From Escherichia coli (GTDB lineage: Bacteria; Pseudomonadota; Gammaproteobacteria; Enterobacterales; Enterobacteriaceae), in assembly GCF_009931435.1 (NCBI RefSeq), contig NZ_CP043414.1: 64,000 nucleotides of DNA, one strand, 5' to 3'. Of this stretch, positions 36,887-49,474 are shown piece after piece. A program made the translations under genes and the position numbers. Numbering within the stretch: the first letter of the stretch is position 1; each line of letters begins with the position of its first letter. The notes below the pieces were generated by a model. It was given only the letters and a program-made list of their open reading frames with translations, made no database searches and was not told where the DNA came from.

Positions 36887-38614
36887 TTAGCAGATTGTTT
36901 TTTCTTCAATGAACTTGTTAACCAGCGTCATTAACTCGTCCGTTGTCGGTTGAGCAAGAGCCTGCTCTGCTAACACCTTCGCATCTTCGAAGTTCGTGTT
37001 ACGGATAATCTTCTTAATGCGCGGGATAGAAATGGCGCTCATAGAGAATTCGTCCAGACCCATCCCCAGCAACAGAAGTGTAGCACGTTCATCGCCAGCA
37101 AGCTCACCACACATGCCAGTCCATTTGCCTTCAGCATGAGAAGCATCAATAACTTGCTTGATCAAGTTCAGCACGGACGGTGACATTGGCTGGTAAAGGT
37201 GTGAAATCATATCATTACCACGGTCAACTGCCAGAGTGTACTGCGTTAAATCATTGGTGCCGATACTAAAGAAATCAACTTCTTTGGCTAAATGACGTGC
37301 AATTGTTGCGGCAGCCGGTGTTTCCACCATTACGCCGATTTCAATTGACTCGTCAAACGCTTTACCTTCGTCGCGCAGTTCCTGTTTGTAGATTTCGATC
37401 TCTTTGCGCAGTGCACGCACTTCTTCAACAGAGATGATCATCGGGAACATGATGCGCAATTTACCGAAAGCAGAGGCACGCAGGATAGCGCGGAGCTGAT
37501 CGCGCAGGATCTCTTTACGATCCATCGCGATACGGATAGCGCGCCAGCCGAGGAACGGGTTCTCTTCTTTCGGGAAGTTCATGTATGGCAGCTCTTTGTC
37601 GCCGCCGATGTCCATGGTACGAACGATAACCGCCTGAGAGCCACACGCTTCAGCTACTGCTTTGTAAGCAGCAAACTGTTCTTCTTCAGTGGGCAGCGTG
37701 TCGCGGTCCATGAACAGGAACTCAGTACGATAAAGACCAACGCCTTCAGCGCCGTTACGCTCAGCACCTTCAACGTCACGAACCGTACCGATGTTAGCGC
37801 ACACTTCTACCTGGTGACCGTCCAGCGTAATAGCTGGCAGATCTTTCAGTTTAGCAAGCTCTGCTTTTTCAGAAGCTACTTGCTCCTGAACAGCGCGCAT
37901 TTTATCAATAACTTCGTTGGTTGGATTGACGTAAACCTGATTATTTACGGCATCCAGAATCAGATAGTCGTCATTTTTCACCTGAGAGGTGACGCTACCG
38001 GTACCCACGATAGCAGGCAGTTCCAGAGAACGCGCCATGATAGAGGTGTGGGAAGTACGGCCACCCGCGTCGGTGATGAAACCCAGCACCTTCTTCAGGT
38101 TCAGCTGTGCGGTTTCGGACGGCGTCAGGTCAGCGGCAACCAGAATGACTTCATCCTGAATAGCGCTCAGGTCGATAATCTTCAGGCCCAGGATGTTGCG
38201 CAGCAGGCGCTTACCGATATCACGTACGTCAGCCGCACGCTCTTTCAGGTATTCATCATCCAGCTCTTCCAGGGCAGAAGCCTGACCTTCGATAACTTCA
38301 TGAGCAGCTGCGTCAGCTGTCATGTGCTTATCTTTAATCAGGGCTATGATTTCCTGCTCCAGCTCCTCATCTTCGAGCAGCATAATATGCCCTTCAAAGA
38401 TGGCTTCTTTTTCTTCACCGAACGTTTCACCAGCTTTCGTTTTGATCGTTTCCAGCTGGGCTGATGCCTTGGCACGACCGCTCAGAAAACGTTCAACTTC
38501 CTGATCAACCTGGTCGGCAGAAATTTTTTTCCGGTCAATGACAATTTCGTCTTCTTTCAGAAGCAGAGCTTTACCGAAAGCGATACCCGGGGATGCTAAA
38601 ATGCCTGAAATCAT
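36887..38614 (-). CDS. ptsI: PTS enzyme I
   Basis: 575 aa; PEP-utilising enzyme family. Confidence 0.95.
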   Translation of the reverse strand: MISGILASPGIAFGKALLLKEDEIVIDRKKISADQVDQEVERFLSGRAKASAQLETIKTKAGETFGEEKEAIFEGHIMLLEDEELEQEIIALIKDKHMTADAAAHEVIEGQASALEELDDEYLKERAADVRDIGKRLLRNILGLKIIDLSAIQDEVILVAADLTPSETAQLNLKKVLGFITDAGGRTSHTSIMARSLELPAIVGTGSVTSQVKNDDYLILDAVNNQVYVNPTNEVIDKMRAVQEQVASEKAELAKLKDLPAITLDGHQVEVCANIGTVRDVEGAERNGAEGVGLYRTEFLFMDRDTLPTEEEQFAAYKAVAEACGSQAVIVRTMDIGGDKELPYMNFPKEENPFLGWRAIRIAMDRKEILRDQLRAILRASAFGKLRIMFPMIISVEEVRALRKEIEIYKQELRDEGKAFDESIEIGVMVETPAAATIARHLAKEVDFFSIGTNDLTQYTLAVDRGNDMISHLYQPMSPSVLNLIKQVIDASHAEGKWTGMCGELAGDERATLLLLGMGLDEFSMSAISIPRIKKIIRNTNFEDAKVLAEQALAQPTTDELMTLVNKFIEEKTIC

Positions 38615-38658
38615 AACCCTACCTTACTTGTGACTGATTTTTAAAAGAACCCGGGAAA

Positions 38659-38916
38659 TTACTCGAGTTCCGCCATCAGTTTAACCAGATGTTCAACCGC
38701 TTTCTGTTCGTCTTCGCCTTCTGCGGAGATAGTCACAACGGTACCTTGAGTCAGGCCCAGAGTCTGCAGTTTAAACAGGCTTTTCGCGCTGGCGCTTTTG
38801 CCGTTGGAAGTCACAGTAATTTCAGAAGTGAAGCCCTTAGCTTCTTTTACAAACTGGGCAGCAGGGCGGGTGTGCAGACCGTTCGGAGCGGTAATGGTAA
38901 CTTCTTGCTGGAACAT
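38659..38916 (-). CDS. ptsH: PTS phosphocarrier protein HPr
   Basis: 85 aa [23 protein letters not shown]... with active-site His15. Confidence 0.95.
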
Positions 38917-39249
38917 TGTATTTCCCCAACTTATAGGTTTAGTGTTGTGGAACTAAAGTCTAGCCTGGCGGTTCGACTTTAGCCTGTATTGTTAGCGCCA
39001 GTTTTTAACAGACGCGACGCACGAAGAGCGCAATACAGTCCTTTGCTGGCGGGTGTTGACCGCTGACGTTTCGTACGTCATTAAACATTATGCCGCTAAA
39101 GGAAGAATTGAACCAAATCATAAAATCGATTCAGCTATGGCTTTTCCTGTAACGATTAATTTCGCGCATCAAAATAATTAGTCTGGTTAAATACCAGTTC
39201 CGACAGGCTGAATCAATGCCAGGAGGGGCGAAAGTTTGAAGCAGGCCAC
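38917..39249 (-). promoter_or_regulatory. ptsH-ptsI-crr promoter region; sites not individually resolved
   Basis: 330 bp noncoding region upstream of ptsH; by established knowledge it contains CRP- and Mlc-controlled promoters. Confidence 0.3.
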
Positions 39250-39278
39250 AAAAAAGCACCTGAAAAGGTGCTTTTTTA
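39250..39278 (-). terminator. intrinsic terminator after cysK
   Basis: aaaaagcacc-tgaaaa-ggtgctttttt hairpin 22 nt downstream of the cysK stop on the minus strand. Confidence 0.65.
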
Positions 39279-39299
39279 CGCATTTTTAACAAGCTGGCA

Positions 39300-40271
39300 T
39301 TACTGTTGCAATTCTTTCTCAGTGAAGAGATCGGCAAACAATGCGGTGCTTAAATAACGCTCACCCGATGACGGTAGAATAACCACAATATTCTTGTTGG
39401 TAAAGCTTTCATCTTCTTGTAGTTTCAACGCTGCAGCAACAGCTGCTCCAGAAGAGATACCTGCAAGAATACCTTCCTCTTCCATCAGACGACGCGCGGT
39501 AGAAATAGCTTCTTCATTGGTGATGCCAATGACTTTATCGACCAGCTTGAGATCAAGGTTAGCCGGGATAAAACCAGCGCCAATCCCCTGAATTTTATGC
39601 GGGCCAGGTTTAATCTCTTCACCTGCCAGCGCCTGGGCGATAACCGGAGAATCGGTTGGCTCCACGGCGACAGAGATGAGATCAGTCTTGCCTTTGGTGC
39701 CTTTAATGTAGCGGCTGACGCCGGTCAGCGTACCGCCAGTCCCAACACCAGCAATAAATACATCAACCTGACCGTCGGTATCTTCCCAGATCTCCGGACC
39801 GGTGGTTTTTTCGTGAATTTCAGGGTTTGCCGGATTGCTGAATTGTTGCAGCAGTAGGTATTTCTCTGGATTGCTGGCGACAATTTCTTCTGCTTTTTGG
39901 ATTGCGCCTTTCATGCCTTTAGCACCTTCGGTCAGCACCAGGTTTGCACCTAACGCTTTCAGCAGCTTGCGGCGTTCAATACTCATGGTTTCTGGCATGG
40001 TCAGGGTGAGTTTGTAACCGCGAGCGGCAGCCACATAGGCCAGTGCAATCCCGGTATTACCGCTGGTTGGTTCAACCAGTTCAACGCCTGGTTTCAGCAC
40101 GCCGCGCTTTTCGGCATCCCAAATCATATTGGCACCGATACGGCACTTAACGCTGAAGCTGGGGTTACGAGATTCCACCTTCGCCAGAATGCGTCCGTTA
40201 CCGATGCGATTCAGGCGAACCAGCGGTGTGTGACCGATAGTCAGCGAGTTATCTTCAAAAATCTTACTCAT
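39300..40271 (-). CDS. cysK: cysteine synthase A (O-acetylserine sulfhydrylase A)
   Basis: 323 aa; PLP-enzyme sequence. Confidence 0.95.
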   Translation of the reverse strand: MSKIFEDNSLTIGHTPLVRLNRIGNGRILAKVESRNPSFSVKCRIGANMIWDAEKRGVLKPGVELVEPTSGNTGIALAYVAAARGYKLTLTMPETMSIERRKLLKALGANLVLTEGAKGMKGAIQKAEEIVASNPEKYLLLQQFSNPANPEIHEKTTGPEIWEDTDGQVDVFIAGVGTGGTLTGVSRYIKGTKGKTDLISVAVEPTDSPVIAQALAGEEIKPGPHKIQGIGAGFIPANLDLKLVDKVIGITNEEAISTARRLMEEEGILAGISSGAAVAAALKLQEDESFTNKNIVVILPSSGERYLSTALFADLFTEKELQQ

Positions 40272-40455
40272 GGCCTGTCCTTAACTGTATGAAATTGGGA
40301 TACAACAGGTAGCATACCCGCTCAGAGAATATGCGGAAGTAAGGATTTAGCATATCTATATGCAGAAGGGAAATAATGACATGCAAGATGGAATAAGGGG
40401 TGGCATAAGCCACCCCTGTTTCACACAAACGGTTTACAAAATAACCGGTAGATTG

Positions 40456-41217
40456 TTACCGCCACATCGCGTGTTTATCGCGATAGCAATCGACCCACAT
40501 CGCCGTCGCGCCACAAACGGCAACGGGCATAATGAACAGATTAAGCAGCGGGATCATCGTAAACAGGCTGGTTAAAGCACCAAACTGCATATTGGTGATT
40601 TTGCGTGTGCGCAGGGCGGTGCGCATCTCTTTAAACGGCACTTTGTGGTTATCGAAGGGGTAATCGCAATACTGGATGGCTAACATCCAGGCACTAAACA
40701 GGAACCACAGTACCGGCGCGACGGTTTGCCCAATGCCAGGGATGAAGTAAAGAATTAGCAATACAATCGCCCGTGGCAGATACCAGGCAAATTTTTGCCA
40801 TTCGCGTTTCATGATTCGCGGCACATCTTTCATGATACCGAAAATTCCGGTATCTGGCGGTGTAGCGCCAGTCAGTCTTGCTTCCAGTTGTTCAGCCAAT
40901 AAGCCGTTGAACGGAGCAGCAATCCAGTTAGCAATCGTTGAGAAGAAATAGCCAAACACTAACAGCACAGAGATGACAGCCAGGGGCCACAACAGATAGC
41001 TCAGCCATTGTAACCAGTCCGGAACATAACTCATGAGAGTCGGGATCCAGACATCGAGTTGCGTAAAGAGCCACCAGAATGCGCCCCCCATCAACAAAAT
41101 ATTGACCAACAGCGGTAAAATAACAAAACGCCGAATCCCAGGTTGCGAGACGAGCTTCCAGCCTTGCGCAAAATAGTAAAAACCGCTGCGTGGGGCAGAT
41201 GTGAATGATGAAACCAT
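40456..41217 (-). CDS. cysZ: sulfate transporter CysZ
   Basis: 253 aa polytopic membrane protein. Confidence 0.9.
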
Positions 41218-41446
41218 AATCAGGATGAGCTCCTTTTGACCAATCCCAGGAAAATTCTGCGTATTTTACCGGGTAATTGCGCAATGGACAGTTAGGATAT
41301 GTTCGAAAAAACAGCAAAAAGCACGATTTCATCTATCTTTGTGCTGTGAAAGTTAATAGTGCACTTGCACTTGAGGTAATCGGCAAATACTCTTAGTGAG
41401 TAAATGTTTGCCGTGGTGGCAAGGTGTTAGAACAACAGAGAATATA

Positions 41447-42445
41447 ATGATGCAGGATTTGCGTCTGATATTAATCATTGTTGGCGCGATCGCCATAATC
41501 GCTTTACTGGTACATGGTTTCTGGACCAGCCGTAAAGAACGATCTTCTATGTTCCGCGATCGGCCATTAAAACGAATGAAGTCAAAACGTGACGACGATT
41601 CTTATGACGAGGATGTCGAAGATGATGAGGGCGTTGGTGAGGTTCGTGTTCACCGCGTGAATCATGCCCCGGCTAACGCCCAGGAGCATGAGGCTGCTCG
41701 TCCGTCGCCGCAACACCAGTACCAACCGCCTTATGCGTCTGCGCAGCCGCGTCAACCGGTCCAGCAGCCGCCTGAAGCGCAGGTACCGCCGCAACATGCT
41801 CCGCGTCCAACGCAGCCGGTGCAGCAACCCGTGCAGCAGCCTGCCTATCAGCCTCAGCCTGAACAGCCGTTGCAGCAGCCAGTTTCGCCACAGGTCGCGT
41901 CAGCGCCGCAGCCAGTGCATTCAGCACCGCAACCGGCACAACAGGCTTTCCAGCCTGCAGAACCTGTAGCGGCACCACAGCCTGAGCCTGTAGCGGAACC
42001 GGCTCCAGTTATGGATAAACCGAAGCGCAAAGAAGCGGTGATTATCATGAACGTCGCGGCGCATCACGGTAGCGAGTTAAACGGTGAACTGCTTCTTAAC
42101 AGCATTCAACAAGCGGGCTTCATTTTTGGCGATATGAACATTTACCATCGTCATCTTAGCCCGGATGGCAGCGGCCCGGCGTTATTCAGCCTGGCGAATA
42201 TGGTGAAACCGGGAACCTTCGATCCTGAAATGAAGGATTTCACTACTCCGGGTGTCACTATCTTTATGCAGGTACCGTCTTACGGTGACGAGCTGCAGAA
42301 CTTTAAGCTGATGCTGCAATCTGCGCAGCATATTGCCGATGAAGTGGGCGGTGTAGTGCTTGACGATCAGCGCCGTATGATGACTCCGCAGAAATTGCGC
42401 GAGTACCAGGACATCATCCGCGAAGTCAAAGACGCCAACGCCTGA
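41447..42445 (+). CDS. zipA: cell division protein ZipA
   Basis: 332 aa from ATG at 41447 ([26 protein letters not shown]...): N-terminal TM anchor, long P/Q-rich linker, C-terminal FtsZ-binding domain. Confidence 0.9.
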
Positions 42446-42506
42446 TACACTTAAGGCAAATTAACTCCTCTTCGAACCCCCGCTTGTCGGGGGTTTTTAG
42501 CATTGA

Positions 42507-44531
<2,025 letters not shown>

Positions 44532-44532
44532 G

Positions 44533-44751
44533 ATGGAAAAAGAGCAGCTGATTGAAATAGCCAATACGATAATGCCGTTTGGCAAATACAAAGGGCGTCG
44601 CTTAATCGACCTGCCGGAGGAGTATCTTCTGTGGTTTGCCCGCAAAGATGAGTTCCCGGCAGGGAAGCTCGGTGAGCTAATGCAAATCACGCTGCTGATT
44701 AAAACCGAGGGGCTGACGCAACTGGTCCAGCCCCTGAAACGCCCACTTTAA
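44533..44751 (+). CDS. ypeB: small protein YpeB (DUF3820-like)
   Basis: 72 aa from ATG at 44533 immediately after the ligA stop (MEKEQLIEIANTIMPFGKYKGRRL...). Confidence 0.75.
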   Translation: MEKEQLIEIANTIMPFGKYKGRRLIDLPEEYLLWFARKDEFPAGKLGELMQITLLIKTEGLTQLVQPLKRPL

Positions 44752-45746
44752 GCTTTATCGGCGCTGCTTTCCTGCTGCGCCTGTAACTGTTCGGTCTGGC
44801 GTTTGTATCGACGCGCCAGCACCGCACAGACCATCAATTGGATCTGATGGAAAATCATCAGAGGCAGCACCATCATACCGATCACCGATGTGGGGAACAG
44901 AATGTTTGCCATCGGGATGCCATTTGCCAGACTCTTTTTCGAACCACAAAAGACGATAGTAATTTCATCTGCCTTATTGAAGCCCAGTCGGCGTGCCATA
45001 AAGACGTTAACTACAATCACGATAGCCAGAAGAACGCAGCTAACCACCACGATAAATAGCAATGATCCCCAGCCAACTTTATGCCAGATGCCGTTAACGA
45101 CGGCTTCGCTGAACGCAGTATAAACCACCAACAGAATGGACGTCTGGTCAGTTTTCGCAATCCATTTTTTATTTCGTGACACCCAGTTGCCAATCCAAGG
45201 GCGAGAAAGATGTCCCAGCACAAACGGCAGCAGCAGTTGCAGCATTATCTTACCTACCTGCTCAAGGCTGCCCCCTGCACCGTGAACATTCATCACCAGG
45301 CCAACCAGCAACGGTGAAAGGAAAATCCCCAGTAGGCTGGATGCTGACGCAGAACAAACCGCCGCCGCGACGTTACCGCCCGCCATTGACGTGAAGGCGA
45401 TTGCAGACTGCACGGTCGCGGGGAGAATGCACAAGTAGAGAAAACCGGAGTAGAGCATCGGGTCGACATTTACCGGTTTCCACCAGGCAAACAGCACGCC
45501 CAGAATTGGAAACAGCACGAAGGTGCTGCACATTACCCACAAATGCAGTCGCCAGTGACCACCGCCAGCAATAATCGCCTCACGCGACAACTTCGCGCCG
45601 TGCATAAAGAACAGCAGAGCAATAGCTGCGGTAGTCAGATTTTCAAAGAAGGGAACGAAATCGCCCCTGGCCGGAAAGAAAGAGGCCAGCAACACCACCG
45701 TGATCAGGGTTAAGGTGAAAGGATCGAGGATACGAAAAAGTTTCAT
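44748..45746 (-). CDS. yfeH: bile acid:sodium symporter family membrane protein YfeH
   Basis: 332 aa polytopic membrane protein. Confidence 0.88.
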   Translation of the reverse strand: MKLFRILDPFTLTLITVVLLASFFPARGDFVPFFENLTTAAIALLFFMHGAKLSREAIIAGGGHWRLHLWVMCSTFVLFPILGVLFAWWKPVNVDPMLYSGFLYLCILPATVQSAIAFTSMAGGNVAAAVCSASASSLLGIFLSPLLVGLVMNVHGAGGSLEQVGKIMLQLLLPFVLGHLSRPWIGNWVSRNKKWIAKTDQTSILLVVYTAFSEAVVNGIWHKVGWGSLLFIVVVSCVLLAIVIVVNVFMARRLGFNKADEITIVFCGSKKSLANGIPMANILFPTSVIGMMVLPLMIFHQIQLMVCAVLARRYKRQTEQLQAQQESSADKA

Positions 45747-45984
45747 AAAGACTCCAGATGAACGATGCTTTCATTGTGCGTTCTTCTGATTGATAAATAA
45801 AACTGAATTGCTTAACAATTTGTGCGCGATAATGGAGAGTGAGTGGGGGCTCGCTTCGACTGGCGGGCTGAGTTGGGCAAGCAAATCCGAACGAATCAAA
45901 TAAGGGCGGTCAATGAGTGCGCTTGATGACCGCTGTAATATTATTGCTGACGACCGTAGCCGTTTTAGTGTTATCAACGCAGGC

Positions 45985-46752
45985 TTAGAACTGATATTTT
46001 ATTGAATAAATAATGCCATCCTGGAGGAAGGCTTCACCCAGTTTATTATCTGCGTAGCGATATTGAATCCCTGCCGTAAAATGCGGTGTCGCATTCCACC
46101 AAAACGCTACTGCTCCGTTTATACCTTCTTTTCCGCCATTACCTGCTGCATATGTAGCGTCGCGGTCAAATTCGTATTCATTCCAGTTAGTCAGGCTGAA
46201 TTTTTCGCTACCAAGCGTGAAACTGTATCCGGCAACCCAGCCCAAAACATAGCCATTGTCACCGGTATAATAGGTTTGATCGGTGTAACGTTTCGCGAAG
46301 AATGGCTTAAACCAGTAACCATTTCCCGTAAAATTGTATCCAAGCCCGTAAAGGAATGTATCATCATAGAAGTTAACACGTTCAGGTGAACCGTAAGTCC
46401 CGTAAGCGTGAAGATAAAGATTCAGTCCTGTATCACCAAGATAAATGCGGTTGGTACTTTTAAAAGTATAACGTTGTTCACTGCCAGATTTTGAATGTCG
46501 GCCATTATAGAAGTTCTCCCAATCGAAGAACCCGTACATTTCTCCCCAACTAAAGTTAGCACCACCTTCTAATTCCAGATAGCCAAAATCATCTTTATGG
46601 GACTTATTACTGGTTTTCTCTGTCGTGCGGGATGTCCAGTCAAGATAATGCAGACCAATGTCAGCAAAGCCCCCTTTAAACTCGGCATAAGACATTTGCG
46701 GAAAAGCCATGGGAACCAGACCAAGGCTTAATGCAAGAAGCTGTTTTTTCAT
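45985..46752 (-). CDS. yfeN: Tsx-family outer membrane nucleoside channel-like protein YfeN
   Basis: ATG at 46752 (MKKQLLALSLGLVPMAFPQMSYA signal peptide), Tyr/Gly-rich beta-barrel sequence ending ...YQF. Confidence 0.85.
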   Translation of the reverse strand: MKKQLLALSLGLVPMAFPQMSYAEFKGGFADIGLHYLDWTSRTTEKTSNKSHKDDFGYLELEGGANFSWGEMYGFFDWENFYNGRHSKSGSEQRYTFKSTNRIYLGDTGLNLYLHAYGTYGSPERVNFYDDTFLYGLGYNFTGNGYWFKPFFAKRYTDQTYYTGDNGYVLGWVAGYSFTLGSEKFSLTNWNEYEFDRDATYAAGNGGKEGINGAVAFWWNATPHFTAGIQYRYADNKLGEAFLQDGIIYSIKYQF

Positions 46753-47005
46753 AGTATGTTCCACTTAAGTAATAAATTTAATGAATGTGATATGCTTACA
46801 TATTTATGCTGTAATTATTTGGCATGTCTATTTTATTAGATTTATGACAGCTCTAACCAATACATAATTATCACGTAATGATAGGGTGTCGATCTGAATG
46901 TCTTCAGGATTGATATCAAATTGCAATTGATATCCGTGGTAAAAAGTATTGGTAAATGTGATGAATTTCCGGTTATTTAAAGGGGGCTCAAAGTCGAAGG
47001 AGAAG

Positions 47006-48262
47006 ATGGTGAATCTAAAACTACAATTAAAAGTACTTTCATTTCTGCAATTCTTTTTGTGGGGAAGTTGGCTCAATACATTCGGTTCCTATATGTTTAT
47101 CACGCTGCGTTTTAAAGGCGAGGATATTGGTGCAGTCTATAGTACCTTGGGTATTGCAGCATTAATAACATCAACGTTATTTGGTATCGTGGCCGATAAA
47201 TGGATTAGTGCTAAATGGATATATGCCGCTTGTCATTTATTTGGCGCGATAACATTATTTGTCGCTGCATCGGTTACCACGCCTTCGGCAATGTTCATTG
47301 TCATTTTACTTAACTCTCTCGTGTATATGCCAACGCTCGGTTTGAGTAATACAATTTCCTATTACCGCATACAAACTGCGGGGATGGATATTGTGACAGA
47401 ATTTCCACCAATCCGTATTTGGGGCACGATTGGATTTATTGTCGCGATGTGGGCGGTGAGTTTGGCAGGTTTTGAATTAAGTCATATGCAATTGTATATC
47501 GGCGCGGCAGCTTCGTTAGGCTTGAGCCTGTTCACGTTGACATTACCGACTGTACCAGTGGCGAAATCTAACCAGGCGCAAGGAATGATAGACGTGCTCG
47601 GACTGCGTGCATTTGCACTGTTTAAGAACAGCAAAATGGCGATTTTCTTTATCTTTGCCATGCTGCTCGGGGCAGAACTACAAATTACCGGGATGTTTGG
47701 TAATACATTTCTCCACAGTTTTGAGAGTGTTCCAGAGTTTGCCAATAGCGTTGTTGTAACTCATGCTTCTATTTTGTTATCAATTTCTCAGATATCCGAA
47801 GTCTGCTTCATTCTTGCCATTCCCTTTTTCCTGAAAAAATACGGTATCAAAAATGTCATGCTGATGAGCATGGTGGCCTGGACGCTGCGTTTTGGTTTAT
47901 TCGCTTATGGCGATCCTTCATTCGGCGGTACCATTCTGTTAATTCTTTCGATGATTGTTTATGGCTGTGCTTTTGACTTCTTCAATATATCTGGCTCGGT
48001 ATTTGTTGAACAAGAAGTTGATCCATCGATTCGTAACAGCGCTCAGGGCGTTTTCCTGATGATGGCCAATGGTTTTGGTTGTATTCTGGGCGGTTTTATC
48101 AGTGGTAAAGTCGTCGATTATTTAACAACGGATGGCAATCCACAGTGGTCAACCATTTGGCTGGTATTTGCCGGATATTCACTGGTTCTGGCTCTCGCAT
48201 TTATGGTGTTGTTTAAATATAAACACAACAGTAACCCGACAACATCCGGTCATTTCGCCTGA
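47006..48262 (+). CDS. nucleoside:H+ symporter (NHS) family MFS transporter, NupG-like paralog additional to xapB
   Basis: 418 aa from ATG at 47006 with RBS aaggag at 46997-47002; MVNLKLQLKVLSFLQFFLWGSW... and conserved MIVYGCAFDFFNISGSVFVEQEV block shared with NupG/XapB; AT-rich by eye. Confidence 0.8.
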   Translation: MVNLKLQLKVLSFLQFFLWGSWLNTFGSYMFITLRFKGEDIGAVYSTLGIAALITSTLFGIVADKWISAKWIYAACHLFGAITLFVAASVTTPSAMFIVILLNSLVYMPTLGLSNTISYYRIQTAGMDIVTEFPPIRIWGTIGFIVAMWAVSLAGFELSHMQLYIGAAASLGLSLFTLTLPTVPVAKSNQAQGMIDVLGLRAFALFKNSKMAIFFIFAMLLGAELQITGMFGNTFLHSFESVPEFANSVVVTHASILLSISQISEVCFILAIPFFLKKYGIKNVMLMSMVAWTLRFGLFAYGDPSFGGTILLILSMIVYGCAFDFFNISGSVFVEQEVDPSIRNSAQGVFLMMANGFGCILGGFISGKVVDYLTTDGNPQWSTIWLVFAGYSLVLALAFMVLFKYKHNSNPTTSGHFA

Positions 48263-48316
48263 TACGGAATTTATCAAAATTAATAATGTTTTATAGGATT
48301 AGCAAAGGAGGATATT

Positions 48317-49246
48317 ATGGCAAATCAATTGTATAACCAGTGTCGGGTTTATTGTGCACCCTGGCGATTAGATGCTTTGAATTTAAATGATATCATTGAT
48401 CAATGGATTGACGAGGGGCTGTTGCCGCCCCTGATCCATACTTTTCTTCCATATCGTGATGATGCCGGTGCCTCCAGTGAAGAAGAGATTTTTGTTAATG
48501 ATGTCGCGAATATGGACAATAGTGTTGGGGTTATCGGTTATTTCGATGGTGGAACCTATGATTCCGGTTGTGCATGGGAAGTAGGCTATGCATGGGCTTT
48601 AGGGATGCCTGTTCACTTGGTAACGACAGACTTTCTTATATGGGCAGCGGGGAATTCTTCAGAGTTTTACCCTATAAGTAAGCTGATGAATTATGTGGCA
48701 AAAGTGGTTTCGGTGTCAGATTCCGATGCTAGCATCAGCAACTATCGTGAACAAACCAACGATATCATCAAGCGTGCGTTGCAAATTCTTCAACAAAATT
48801 TAATCGCCGACTTCGGCACGACGATTACTCCCGCTGTACCGATTACGCCATTTCCGATTGAGTATGACTATTATCTTGATCCTAACTTTATGTATACCGA
48901 ACCCTCTCGGGGCTTACTGGAGAAAATCAAAGATGCGATCATTAGTGCAGGTAAGACTTTCATCGTTGGCGACAATATGAATGATATTGCGACTGATATT
49001 GATAACTTAAGAAAATCCAGACAGGCCATCTTTTATTCCGATACCTTTGAGCCGAATGTCGACACCGGTATTATGAATGGTATTGCCTATGCATTAGGAC
49101 AGCAATCGATAGTTTATTGTAGCAAGCAACAAAAGTATCAATCTGCGCTCGCGACAGATTATTTGAATTTAATGATTACCTGGTCGTCAACGGTGGCGCA
49201 TTCATTTGCGGAGCTTGAAACATTGATTGGTAACACAGAAAAATAA
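48317..49246 (+). CDS. hypothetical protein with two tandem nucleoside 2-deoxyribosyltransferase (NDT/Rcl)-like domains
   Basis: 309 aa; domain 1 has GYFDGGTYDSGCAWEVGYAWALGMPV (NDT/Rcl-like ExGYAxALGxP core with the Glu), domain 2 has DTGIMNGIAYALGQQ (same core, Asn in place of Glu); RBS aaggagg upstream; AT-rich by eye. Confidence 0.6.
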   Translation: MANQLYNQCRVYCAPWRLDALNLNDIIDQWIDEGLLPPLIHTFLPYRDDAGASSEEEIFVNDVANMDNSVGVIGYFDGGTYDSGCAWEVGYAWALGMPVHLVTTDFLIWAAGNSSEFYPISKLMNYVAKVVSVSDSDASISNYREQTNDIIKRALQILQQNLIADFGTTITPAVPITPFPIEYDYYLDPNFMYTEPSRGLLEKIKDAIISAGKTFIVGDNMNDIATDIDNLRKSRQAIFYSDTFEPNVDTGIMNGIAYALGQQSIVYCSKQQKYQSALATDYLNLMITWSSTVAHSFAELETLIGNTEK

Positions 49247-49258
49247 TAGTTAATTTTA

Positions 49259-49298
49259 CTGATTATCAGGTGAGTGATTGCCTGATAATCAGCTTTTG
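49259..49298 (+). terminator. intrinsic terminator closing the permease/NDT-like gene pair, upstream of xapA
   Basis: ctgattatcagg / 10-nt loop / cctgataatcag perfect 12-bp stem followed by cttttgg. Confidence 0.65.
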
Positions 49299-49474
49299 GT
49301 TAACCTCCAAAGATAATTATACGGCCGTTATATTTCTCTGCTGGGGAACGATATGATCGATTTCATAATCATATTGAATATCACAGAAAAATGTATTGGT
49401 CACTCGCGACTTTTTCTAGTTATAAAAAGATGCGACTCATATCTTACGAATAATGCATATTATAAGGACTTTCC

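Noticed and set aside
39131-39337. 68-aa minus-strand ORF
   Set aside because: Overlaps the cysK terminator hairpin and the ptsH upstream region; no coding signal.
40396-40418. Hairpin aggggtggc-ataa-gccacccct between cysK and cysZ
   Set aside because: Good stem but no convincing U-tract on either strand, so not called as a terminator.
41582-42048. Several 64-101 aa ORFs on both strands
   Set aside because: Generated by the repetitive Pro/Gln-rich linker-coding region of zipA.
45771-45977. 68-aa minus-strand ORF between yfeH and yfeN
   Set aside because: No RBS, no recognisable domain; lies in the promoter/terminator spacer.
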